Both the position numbers and the translations under genes were made by a program. 13,254 bases of DNA from an uncultured Muribaculaceae bacterium (GTDB taxonomy: Bacteria > Bacillota_I > Bacilli_A > RF39 > UBA660): positions 1-13,254 of the forward strand of contig CAYFQA010000013.1 in assembly GCA_964345145.1 (NCBI GenBank), written 5' to 3'. Of the stretch, positions 1 to 8,033 are shown in pieces. How positions within the stretch are numbered: the stretch's first letter is position 1; each line of letters starts with the position of its first letter. The notes beneath the pieces are model-generated. The model did not search any database, had not been told where the DNA came from, and saw only the letters and a list, made by a program, of their open reading frames with translations.

Positions 1-1033
1 TTATATCTAATATTTTTTTTATTAAAACGTCTTTACCAGAACGTTTTTCAATTTGAAAGTCAAGTGGTAAATCTTTTTTTTCTAAAGGTTTATCTAACAA
101 TTCAATTTTATCTAGTCTTTTTTGAATACTAGCAGCTCTTTTAAAAAAAGGTTCCCCACCAGGAAAAGCTAGTTTACCCCACTCTTGTAATTGTTTGATT
201 TTTCTTTTCATAGCTTCGATTTGTTTTTGTTGATTTTTAAAATCAGCAAATTCATTCATTATTCTATTTTCATTTTCTTTTAAATAATAAGAATAGTTAC
301 CATGAAATATTTCGGCTTGGCCTCTTTCAATTAAAACTGTTTTAGTCACTACTTGATCTAAAAAATAACGATCATGAGAACTAATTAAAATAGTTCCTTT
401 ATAATCTTTTAAATATTCTTCAAACCATTCTAAAGTCTCTATATCTAAATGATTTGTTGGCTCATCCAACAATAAAATTGATGGTGACTTTATCATTAAA
501 GCAGCTAAATTTACAATAGTTTTTTCTCCTCCGGATAAACTATTATAATTTCTTTCTAAAATTTCATTTTTAATTTTAAAACCATTACAAATTTTATTTA
601 TTTTAGCATCTAGTTCATAACCACCTTGTTTTTCAAAATCTTCTTGTAAACGACCATATGTTTTTAATATTTTTTCTAATTCTTTTTGATCATTTATATT
701 AGCCATTTTTAATTCTAAATCTTTTATTTTATTTTCTAATTCATAAATATCACTTAAATTTTTAGTAATAATATCTTTAACTAAAATATCATCATCAACA
801 TTTGAGGGAATTTGAGTTAACATTCCTAAATTAGCATTTTTTCTTATTGATACAACACCATCTTGAATATTTTCTTCACCCATTATTATTTTAAATATCG
901 TTGTTTTACCACAGCCATTTGGTCCAATTAAAGCTACCCTTTCTGAATTATGTATTTCTAAATTAAAATTATCTAATATTTTTTTATCAAAACCAAAATT
1001 TTTTATAATTCCGCTTAAACTTATATCAAGCAT
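1..1033 (-). CDS. ABC-F family ATPase (tandem ABC domains; EttA/Uup/ARE-like), N-terminal ~344 codons; C-terminus lies beyond the window start
   Basis: Not in the ORF track because no stop occurs before position 1. My translation of the minus strand starts at ATG 1033-1031, preceded by a GGAGGT RBS: MLDISLSGIIKNFGF...GPNGCGKTT (Walker A)...LSGGEKTIVNLAALM (ABC signature)...LLLDEPTNHLD (Walker B)...SHDRYFLD (H-loop). A K/E/Q-rich linker of about 60 aa follows, then the start of a second ABC domain (DFQIEKRSGKDVL). No transmembrane partner is present, which is typical of ABC-F. Confidence 0.85.
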   Translation of the reverse strand, partial: MLDISLSGIIKNFGFDKKILDNFNLEIHNSERVALIGPNGCGKTTIFKIIMGEENIQDGVVSIRKNANLGMLTQIPSNVDDDILVKDIITKNLSDIYELENKIKDLELKMANINDQKELEKILKTYGRLQEDFEKQGGYELDAKINKICNGFKIKNEILERNYNSLSGGEKTIVNLAALMIKSPSILLLDEPTNHLDIETLEWFEEYLKDYKGTILISSHDRYFLDQVVTKTVLIERGQAEIFHGNYSYYLKENENRIMNEFADFKNQQKQIEAMKRKIKQLQEWGKLAFPGGEPFFKRAASIQKRLDKIELLDKPLEKKDLPLDFQIEKRSGKDVLIKKILDI

Positions 1034-1050
1034 ATTTACCTCCGAATTGC

Positions 1051-1411
1051 TTACTCGACATTCTCAACTTTAATATTATTTTTTCTTAAAAATATTTCTG
1101 GCTTACCCATATTTAATTCTTTAGAAACATTTAAATCAAGACTATCGATAAAATTTTCTATTTCTTTTTTTATTTTTTTAATGTCTTCATCTTCATCTTT
1201 ATTTGAACAATATTTTACTTCTAAAAAATTACCTAAATCTTAAACATTTATCTAATCTTTTGTTTTTATCTGGTTTTAAATCTTCTCTTTTAGGATCATA
1301 ATAATATTCATCTACTACTTCCATAATACCTACATATTTAAAATTATCAAACTTTGGCAATATTCTATCTATATCTTCTTTTATTTCTACTAATATTTCT
1401 ATTTCTTTCAT
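1051..1411 (-). pseudogene. CYTH-domain (CyaB/thiamine-triphosphatase-like triphosphate tunnel) gene remnant: a 60-aa N-terminal ORF (1229..1411) and a +1-shifted continuation down to TAA at 1051-1053
   Basis: The 60-aa ORF MKEIEILVEIKEDID...VDEYYYDP...LDKCLRFR matches the N-terminal CYTH pattern (EIE.K...D.YFD.P...LRIR). It stops at TAA 1229-1231 inside a T6 run on the minus strand (A6 at 1223-1228 on +). In the adjacent frame the reading continues NFLEVKYCSNKDEDEDIKKIKKEIENFIDSLDLNVSKELNMGKPEIFLRKNNIKVENVE, which is consistent with later CYTH strands (EIF.L+.....VEN), but the middle and C-terminal parts of the domain are missing, so the total is about 118 aa against about 150-180 expected. 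A strong AGGAGG RBS (revcomp of 1421-1426) overlaps the stop of the upstream gene. Confidence 0.45.
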
Positions 1412-1424
1412 TTTTATGTGCCTC

Positions 1425-2474
1425 CTATTTTTTTCTTATTAATGCAGTAACTTCTTGACGATTGTGAAATAAAGAAGTAACATTTAAAACTTCATATTTT
1501 TTAGAAATAATTTCTATTCCTTCTTTTAATGATTTATCTGGGTTATTAGGTAATTTAAAAGTAATTATTGCTAATCCATTACTTTTAAGTTGACTAGCTA
1601 ATGAATTCATAATTTCACTTGTAACATTAGGATCAACATTCATATCATTAACAATAATATCGAAATGATTTTCAAAATTTAAATTTTCAATTCGACATTT
1701 ATAATGTTTAATCTTAGGATGATTTTGTAAATCAACATGTAAATCTCCGGGATCAACTGCGACTACATCAAAACCATGATCAACTAAAACTTTTGTCCAA
1801 CCACCAGGCGCTGCGCCTATATCTAGTGCAACACCACCTGATAATTCAATATTAAATTTTGTTAAAGCTTCAATCAATTTATTTTCTGCTCTTGAAATAA
1901 CTCTTCTGCCTTGTTTAGTACTAATTCGATATTCATCACAAGAAAAATTTAAATTTTGTTCACTTTTAGACCAACCAATATAAAGATTATTTTTATTAAT
2001 TATTATTGATAATATTTTAACATTATCTTTATTAATAATTTTATCATCAGAAAAAGTTGGTATTCCCCCTTTATCTGTATAATATGTTCCTATATATACT
2101 TCAATATCTTTAGATGAGTATGGAAGTGGCTCAATATTTGTTCCACCAGCAATTATTCTTGTTTGTACAGCAAATCTTTCATCCTTTAAAACTTCAAAAT
2201 CATTTTTTTCTAAATAATTTAAAATTATATCTTTATCAACATCTAAATTTTCCTTTATTGTTCCAGCAAACTTAACTGGACAAATGTGTTTAATAAACAT
2301 TGGTTTTGATTTAACCAAATTATTCAAAAATTCATTTGCATCAATTTGAGATTGGATTAATATTATTCCATCATTAAAACTTTGAGAAATAATTATATCT
2401 TTATCAATTAAACTTAATTCTCTTAAAACACTTTTTTTAAAATATGGTGTAAATGTTACTATAAAATTTGCCAT
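1425..2474 (-). CDS. RlmM-like SAM-dependent rRNA 2'-O-ribose methyltransferase (N-terminal THUMP-like domain + C-terminal FtsJ/RrmJ-fold MTase)
   Basis: The C-terminal half reads SRAENKLIEALTKF...VALDIGAAPGGWTKVLVDHGFDVVAVDPGDL...DMN...FKLPNNPDKS...HNRQEVTALIRK. This aligns motif by motif with E. coli RlmM: SRSTLKLEEAF, AVDLGACPGGWTYQLV, VYSVDNGPM, HDREEVTVHVRR. The roughly 170-aa N-terminal domain is consistent with the RlmM THUMP-like domain. The ORF track starts at GTG 2483, but ATG 2474 sits 6 nt after an AAGGTG RBS, so I take 2474 as the start. TAG stop at 1425-1427. Confidence 0.75.
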   Translation of the reverse strand: MANFIVTFTPYFKKSVLRELSLIDKDIIISQSFNDGIILIQSQIDANEFLNNLVKSKPMFIKHICPVKFAGTIKENLDVDKDIILNYLEKNDFEVLKDERFAVQTRIIAGGTNIEPLPYSSKDIEVYIGTYYTDKGGIPTFSDDKIINKDNVKILSIIINKNNLYIGWSKSEQNLNFSCDEYRISTKQGRRVISRAENKLIEALTKFNIELSGGVALDIGAAPGGWTKVLVDHGFDVVAVDPGDLHVDLQNHPKIKHYKCRIENLNFENHFDIIVNDMNVDPNVTSEIMNSLASQLKSNGLAIITFKLPNNPDKSLKEGIEIISKKYEVLNVTSLFHNRQEVTALIRKK

Positions 2475-2594
2475 TTTATTCACCTTTTCATTTCCTACAT
2501 ATTTATATTACACTATAAAAATTGAAAATTAAAGTTATTGTTTATAAAACATATTATATATTTAATATCTGTTATACTATATTTAGGTGAGTTT

Positions 2595-3473
2595 ATGATA
2601 TATGAAAAATGGCGAGACCTTATTATTGATCCATTTACAATTGATTTTAAAAATCTTAAGTTAAAAGAAATTATTAGTTATCCACCAGCTGGTAATGATG
2701 TAATTGAAGCAATTTGTCTTATAAACAATCAAGAAGAAAATGTTTTTATAAAAATTGAAAGAAGTAAGTTTGCTTTTTTTCAAGTTGAAGCTAAACATTT
2801 ACAAATATTAAATGATAATTATTATCAAAATATTCCTAAAATTATTGAATTAATAAAATTTAACGATAAAGATGTTTTAGTTTTAAGTAAAATTAAAGGA
2901 CAAAGATTATCAGATATTTTAAATAATCAAGATAATTTACAAGATAAAGATGATTATTTATATAAATATGGACAAGAACTAGCAAAGATTCATAATATTC
3001 CAATTAATAAATTTAATGACGCTGTTCAAAGAAAAGTTAATGATTATCCTCAAAAAGAAGATGAATACTTAGATGATTTTATTAAACCTAATATTAAATG
3101 GTTAAAAAATAATAAACCTGAAATTAATTTTGAAACTTTTATTCATGGTGATTTTCATTATGCTAATATTTTATGGGATAATAAAAAAATTAATGGGGTT
3201 TTAGATTTTGAATTAAGTGGAAAAGGTTTTAAAGAACAAGATATTGCTTGGAGTTTAATTTTAAGATCAACTCAAAAATTTATGGATAATGAACATGATA
3301 TTAATAAATTTTTAGAAGGATATAAATCAATTGGTAATTATGATTATAAAAAATTTAAATGGTGTTTAATTAATGGTTATTGTCATTTTTATTTAATGAA
3401 TATGAATAATGAAGAATACAAAATTAAAATTAAAAATTTAATTAATAAAACAAAAAAAGATTTATTTAAATAA
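2595..3473 (+). CDS. Aminoglycoside phosphotransferase / choline-kinase-family small-molecule kinase (APH/ChoK/Mph-like fold)
   Basis: Catalytic-loop motif HGDFHYANILWD (HGDxxxxN) and a DFE in VLDFELSGKG (the DFG-equivalent metal-binding motif) are typical of the APH/CotS/choline-kinase superfamily. The ORF track starts at ATG 2538 with no RBS and a hydrophobic artefactual N-terminus. In-frame ATG 2595 (MIYEKWRDL) follows an AGGTGA RBS at 2585-2590, so I prefer 2595. It is divergent from the RlmM-like gene. Confidence 0.75.
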   Translation: MIYEKWRDLIIDPFTIDFKNLKLKEIISYPPAGNDVIEAICLINNQEENVFIKIERSKFAFFQVEAKHLQILNDNYYQNIPKIIELIKFNDKDVLVLSKIKGQRLSDILNNQDNLQDKDDYLYKYGQELAKIHNIPINKFNDAVQRKVNDYPQKEDEYLDDFIKPNIKWLKNNKPEINFETFIHGDFHYANILWDNKKINGVLDFELSGKGFKEQDIAWSLILRSTQKFMDNEHDINKFLEGYKSIGNYDYKKFKWCLINGYCHFYLMNMNNEEYKIKIKNLINKTKKDLFK

Positions 3474-3484
3474 ATCTTTTTTAA
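3452..3484 (+). terminator. Putative AU-rich hairpin terminator: a perfect 32-nt palindrome overlapping the stop codon of the APH-like gene
   Basis: aaaaaaagatttattt|aaataaatcttttttt is a perfect inverted repeat with a single G-C pair and a trailing T-run. The TAA stop (3471-3473) lies inside it. The stem is weak (almost all A-U). Confidence 0.3.
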
Positions 3485-3499
3485 TAGTTAAATTACTTT

Positions 3500-3528
3500 T
3501 TTAATGATTGATTAATTTATGCTATAAT
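3500..3528 (+). promoter_or_regulatory. Putative sigma-70-type promoter with extended -10 (TGcTATAAT) for the ABC ATPase/permease operon
   Basis: TG at 3520-3521 and TATAAT at 3523-3528. Weak -35-like TTTAAT/TTAATG 16-17 nt upstream. Located about 27 nt upstream of the first ATG (3543) of the ABC ATPase ORF. Confidence 0.4.
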
Positions 3529-3554
3529 CTAGTTGAAAGATTATGGTGATAAAT

Positions 3555-4256
3555 ATGGCTTTTATTGAACTTAAAAATATCAAAAAAACATATCAAATGG
3601 GAGAAATAACTATCAATGCTTTATCTGGTGTATCTTTTGAGATTGAAGAAGGTGAACTAGTTGTTGTCTTAGGACCATCTGGAGCTGGTAAAACTACAGT
3701 TTTAAATATACTAGGCGGAATGGATATTGCCGATTCAGGAAGTATGATTGTCGATGGTAATGATATAACAAAGAAAAAACAAATTGAATTAGTTGAATAT
3801 AGAAAAAACGATATTGGTTTTGTTTTTCAATTTTATAATTTAGTTCAAAATCTTACTGCTTTAGAAAACGTTGAATTAGCTGGTCAAATCTGTACTGATC
3901 CAATGGACCCAAATGAAGCTTTAGAAAAAGTTGGGTTAGAAAATAGAAAGAAAAATTTCCCTTCTCAATTATCTGGAGGAGAACAACAAAGGGTTGCAAT
4001 AGCAAGAGCTTTAGCTAAAAATCCTAAACTATTATTATGTGATGAACCAACTGGAGCATTAGACTCAAAAACTGGTAAAAAAATATTGGATTTGCTTCAA
4101 TCTACAGCGCACAAATTAAATATGACAACTGTTATTATTACTCATAACTCAATAATTGCTGATATTGCTGATCGAGTAATAAAAATGAAAAATGGAACAA
4201 TAGAAAGTGTTGAAATAAATAAAAATCCTAAACTTGTAAAGGAACTTAATTGGTAA
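3555..4256 (+). CDS. ABC transporter ATP-binding protein, MacB/LolD/YbbA-type (cytoplasmic ATPase partner of an FtsX-family permease)
   Basis: Walker [11 protein letters not shown]-loop, signature [15 protein letters not shown], Walker [13 protein letters not shown] and H-loop ITHN are all present. The ORF track starts at ATG 3543. ATG 3555 ([11 protein letters not shown]) follows GGTGA with a 5-nt spacer, so I prefer it, though either start is possible. The stop TAA 4254-4256 overlaps the permease start (TAATG). Confidence 0.88.
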   Translation: MAFIELKNIKKTYQMGEITINALSGVSFEIEEGELVVVLGPSGAGKTTVLNILGGMDIADSGSMIVDGNDITKKKQIELVEYRKNDIGFVFQFYNLVQNLTALENVELAGQICTDPMDPNEALEKVGLENRKKNFPSQLSGGEQQRVAIARALAKNPKLLLCDEPTGALDSKTGKKILDLLQSTAHKLNMTTVIITHNSIIADIADRVIKMKNGTIESVEINKNPKLVKELNW

Positions 4257-7200
4257 TGAAATTAATATTTAAATCAACAATTATTAAAATTAAAAAAAGT
4301 TATGGTAGATTTTTATCTGTTTTATTTATTGTTGCTTTAGGAATGGGTTTTTTTGCTGGATTAAGAGAAACTTCACCAGCTATGATTGATACCGTTGAAT
4401 ATTATTATGACACTCATGAATTAATGGACATTAAAATAATAAGTTCTTTAGGACTAACTACAAATGATATTCTATCTTTAAAAGATTTAAACAATATTGA
4501 GAAAGTTATTCCTTCCTACTCTGTTGATACTTTAATTAATGGTAAATCAATCCGTATTCATGCTTTAGAAGATGAAATTAATTTAGTTAAATTAGTTAAA
4601 GGAAGAATGCCAAAAAATAATAATGAGTGTTTAGGTGATAATACATTTTTTAAATTAAATCAAAAATATAATTTTATTGGTGATTCTGTATTAGAATATT
4701 TAAATATTAATAATTGTCAAGTTGTTGGTTTAATTAATTCACCATTATATGTTAGTACTGAAAAAGGAATATCTAAAGTTGGGAATGGTAAATTAGAAGG
4801 ATTTATTTTTACAAATAAAGACAATTTTAATTATGATGTTTATACAGAAGTTTACTTAACAGCTAAAAACACAAAAGAAGTATATGCTAATTCTAATGAA
4901 TATAAAAAATATTATGATTTATTATATGAAGAATTAATTACTTTAAAACCAATTAGAGAAGCAATTCGTTATGAAGAATTACTTTCTGAAGCAATGGATG
5001 AAATAAATAAAATTCAAAATGAAGTCAATGAAGAAATAAAAGATGCTGAAAATAAATTAAAGAAAAGTAAAACTGAGTTAGATACTAATCAAAAGAAATT
5101 AAATGATGGAAAAAAAGAATTAGACGTTAATGAAAAAAATTTACTTAAAACTCAAAGCAGTAAACAAAAACAAATCGATGATGGAAAATTAGAAATTAAT
5201 AATAATTTAAATATATTGGAAAATACAATTAAAAATTTAGGTTTTAATTGGGGAACACTGAATTCTAAAATCAAAGAATTAAAAAATAATATTAGTTATT
5301 TAAAGCAAGAACTAACTACTCTAGATCCAAATAGCCAAGAATATATAACTATAAATGAAAATATTAAAATATTAGAAGAAAATTTAAATAATTTACTAAC
5401 ATTACAAACTAATAAAAAAACATTAGATAATGAACTTAAAAATTTATTAGAGATGGAAGAAAAATTAAATGAAGAAATTAATAATGGTTTAAAAACTATT
5501 GAAACAGAAAAAATAAAACTTGAAAATAATCAAATTAAATTAAATGATGGATATAAAAAATACAATGACGGAATTAATAAATTAAATAAAGAAAAAATAA
5601 AAGCAAAAGATAAAATTACTGAAGCTAAAGAAGAATTAAAAACTATTAAAGAACCTATTTGGTATCTATTAAGTCGTGAGGATAATAATGGTTATCGTGG
5701 TTTTTATAATGATGCTGAAACAATTGGCGCAATTGCAAAAGTATTTCCAATGTTCTTTATCGTAATTGTAGCTTTAATAACATTAAATACTATTTCTAGA
5801 ATGATTGAAGAAGAAAGAACTGAAATAGGTATTTATAAAGCCTTAGGTTATAAGAATAAATCTATTATGTTTGGTTATATTTTTTATATTATGTTAGCAA
5901 CTGCGATAGGTGCAAGTGTTGGTTTATTTGCTGGTTATAATGCTATTCCAAGAATAATATATGGAATCTTTAGAGTTAGTTATATTGTTCCTAATTTAGT
6001 TATATATATTAAATTAGTACCTTTCTTTATTATGATTGGGGTTGCAATTATATTACTTATGGGAGTTACAATCTGGGGTTGTTACCAAGAATTAAGAGTT
6101 GTATCCGCAGAACTGCTTCGTCCAAAATCACCTAAAATTGGAAAAAACATATTTTTAGAAAAAATTAATTTCTTTTGGAAAAGATTATCTTTTACTTGGA
6201 AAATAACTATTAGAAATATATTTAGATATAAAAGTAGAATTATTATGACTGTGTTAGGCGTTGCTGGTTCTTCTGCTTTATTAGTAGCTGGTTTTGGTAT
6301 TAGAGATTCAATTACTGATTTATCTGATTTACAATTTAAAAATGTTATTAAGTATGATGTCTCTATTTATTTAAATAAAAATATTAATAATATAAGTACC
6401 GAATTAAAATCTTTATTAGATGATAATAATGTTATTAACCCATTACTAATTAAACAAGAATCATATTCTTTTAAAAATATAGATGGGAAAAGTAATAATG
6501 TTTCTTTAATTGTTCCAGAACAAGAAAATAGATTAAATAACTATATTAGTCTTGAAAGTATATATAATAATGAACAATTAGCTATTCCTAATCATGGAGT
6601 TTTAATAACTCAAAGAATGGCAGAATTAATGGATGTTAAAATCGATGATAACATCAAAATTAGAAATAATAATAATCGTTTATTTATAGTCCAAGTTAAA
6701 GGAATTGTTAAAAATTATACTTTAAATTATATATATATGAGTAATAATTATTATAATTTAATATTTGAAAATGGAGCTCCTCAATATAATTCAGTGTTAG
6801 CTCATCTAAGTAAATATGATTATGAAAATATATCTACTAATTTAATTAATAGTGATGAAATAACTGCAGTTAATTATACAAAAGATAATGTTAAATATTT
6901 TGAAGATTTAGTTAGTAATTTAAATAAAATATTTTATATGATTATTAGTTCGGCTGCAGCGTTGGCATTTATTATCTTATATAATTTAACTTCGATTAAT
7001 GTTAATGAAAGAATCAAAGAAATAGCGACATTAAAAGTATTAGGATTTAATGATAATGAGGTAACAACGTATGTTTATAGAGAAACTTATGTCTTATCTA
7101 TTGCTGGTATTATTTGGGGATTATTTTTAGGAATAGGTCTTCATCAATTTATTGTTGTATCTGCTGAACCAGATAATTTAGTTTTTATCAGAAATGTTAA

Positions 7201-7321
7201 ATTTTTGAGTTTCATTTACTCAGTAATAGCAATTTTATTATTTTTATACATAGTCAAGATATTTACTCATTTTAAACTCAAAAAAATTGATATGATTGGA
7301 TCATTAAAGTCTACAGAATAA
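4256..7321 (+). CDS. Large tandem-FtsX (MacB/YbbP-type) ABC transporter permease, about 1021 aa, with a coiled-coil-rich extracytoplasmic domain
   Basis: Two repeats of an N-terminal TM helix, a large extracytoplasmic domain and a 3-TM FtsX module. The first FtsX module (PMFFIVIVALITLNTISRMIEEERTEIGIYKALGY...) carries the conserved E-R/G-x-LKAxG loop. The second module is a further TM, a second extracytoplasmic domain and IISSAAALAFIILYNLTSINVNERIKEIATLKVLGF. The first extracytoplasmic domain carries about 230 aa of heptad-like K/E/N/L repeats, roughly nt 4940-5670. The TTG at 4250 in the ORF track is probably not the start; ATG 4256 overlaps the ATPase stop by 1 nt, which indicates translational coupling. 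Confidence 0.88.
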   Translation: MKLIFKSTIIKIKKSYGRFLSVLFIVALGMGFFAGLRETSPAMIDTVEYYYDTHELMDIKIISSLGLTTNDILSLKDLNNIEKVIPSYSVDTLINGKSIRIHALEDEINLVKLVKGRMPKNNNECLGDNTFFKLNQKYNFIGDSVLEYLNINNCQVVGLINSPLYVSTEKGISKVGNGKLEGFIFTNKDNFNYDVYTEVYLTAKNTKEVYANSNEYKKYYDLLYEELITLKPIREAIRYEELLSEAMDEINKIQNEVNEEIKDAENKLKKSKTELDTNQKKLNDGKKELDVNEKNLLKTQSSKQKQIDDGKLEINNNLNILENTIKNLGFNWGTLNSKIKELKNNISYLKQELTTLDPNSQEYITINENIKILEENLNNLLTLQTNKKTLDNELKNLLEMEEKLNEEINNGLKTIETEKIKLENNQIKLNDGYKKYNDGINKLNKEKIKAKDKITEAKEELKTIKEPIWYLLSREDNNGYRGFYNDAETIGAIAKVFPMFFIVIVALITLNTISRMIEEERTEIGIYKALGYKNKSIMFGYIFYIMLATAIGASVGLFAGYNAIPRIIYGIFRVSYIVPNLVIYIKLVPFFIMIGVAIILLMGVTIWGCYQELRVVSAELLRPKSPKIGKNIFLEKINFFWKRLSFTWKITIRNIFRYKSRIIMTVLGVAGSSALLVAGFGIRDSITDLSDLQFKNVIKYDVSIYLNKNINNISTELKSLLDDNNVINPLLIKQESYSFKNIDGKSNNVSLIVPEQENRLNNYISLESIYNNEQLAIPNHGVLITQRMAELMDVKIDDNIKIRNNNNRLFIVQVKGIVKNYTLNYIYMSNNYYNLIFENGAPQYNSVLAHLSKYDYENISTNLINSDEITAVNYTKDNVKYFEDLVSNLNKIFYMIISSAAALAFIILYNLTSINVNERIKEIATLKVLGFNDNEVTTYVYRETYVLSIAGIIWGLFLGIGLHQFIVVSAEPDNLVFIRNVKFLSFIYSVIAILLFLYIVKIFTHFKLKKIDMIGSLKSTE

Positions 7322-7356
7322 AAACGGAATATTATTTATTCCGTTTTTTATTTTTT
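7322..7356. terminator. Rho-independent terminator shared by the convergent permease (+) and hypothetical (-) genes
   Basis: The 10-bp stem AAACGGAATA (7322-7331) pairs with TATTCCGTTT (7338-7347) around a TTATTT loop, followed by TTTTATTTTTT on the + strand. It starts immediately after the permease TAA. The hairpin reads the same on the - strand, where the U-run is weaker. Confidence 0.8.
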
Positions 7357-7891
7357 ACCAATATCGATTAATAATTTCTTTATATTCAGAAACTGCTTTA
7401 TTATTAATATCAAATAATATTGCATACATTAAATATTCTTTCCAAATAATAAATTCTTTTTTATCTCGATGTTGAATAACGCTAAAATCTTTTAAAAAGT
7501 TCTTCAAACCATCTATTTCATTATTTAAATTTCTTGCTATCTCGGTTCTAATATATACTTTTTCAGGAGTATTTGGTTTTCTTTCTAATAACCCTCTTTT
7601 AATACAATCTCTTTCAATCATCTTTATATAATGATTTAAATTAAAATATCATAAACAATTTTCTTTAACTAAAGTATAGACATATGTTGAACTTCGGTCC
7701 AAATCTCCAGGGTTTTTGCCTGTAATCTTAATTATATCTCCGATAGCAATTAATTCTTTTAATTCTAAATACATTAAAGTTGCAATTTTAGCATCATCAT
7801 CAATTATAAAATCATCAATATATCTCAATACTCCTGGAGAATATTTTTTTGTTAAATAACGATAATAATCTTTTTTTCCTTTCATTACCAC
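7355..7891 (-). pseudogene. Hypothetical protein of about 178 codons interrupted by one in-frame TGA (track ORFs 7649..7891 and 7355..7621 are in the same frame, 27 nt apart)
   Basis: Both ORFs have low ends at 2 mod 3. Between TGA (7649-7651) and the ATG at 7619-7621 lie nine sense codons (YFNLNHYIK) with no stop. The downstream ORF has no RBS (only AAAG before its ATG). Both parts use TGG for Trp, so the TGA is not a code-4 Trp. No domain is recognisable. The alternative reading is two genuine small adjacent genes. GTG 7891 / ATG 7885 is the start of the first part. Confidence 0.4.
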
Positions 7892-8000
7892 GATCCGTAT
7901 GATCTAAAGCATATCTTTTTGGCGGAAATCTATTTACAATATAAATAGTAATTACTATTAAAAATAAAAATAAATCTTCAAATTATCATTATCACAATAA

Positions 8001-8033
8001 ATATAATATCTAAAATTATGTTTTTTCATAATT
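8001..8033 (-). terminator. Weak AU-rich hairpin immediately after the alaS stop codon (possible terminator)
   Basis: On the minus strand: AATTATG-AAAAAA-CATAATT, a 7-bp stem with one G-C pair, followed by UUAGAUAUUAUAU. Low predicted stability. Confidence 0.2.

Noticed and set aside
2475-2483. GTG 2483 (rlmM-like) and TTG 4250 (permease) given as starts by the ORF track
   Set aside because: These are longest-ORF artefacts. ATG 2474 has a correctly spaced AAGGTG RBS. ATG 4256 gives a classic 1-nt stop/start overlap (TAATG) with the upstream ATPase gene.
2538-2594. Upstream ATG (2538) offered as the start of the APH-like gene, giving a hydrophobic N-terminus that looks like a signal or TM segment
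   Set aside because: No RBS precedes 2538. In-frame ATG 2595 has an AGGTGA RBS, and the extra 19 residues look like translated promoter DNA, so the apparent membrane anchor is probably an artefact.
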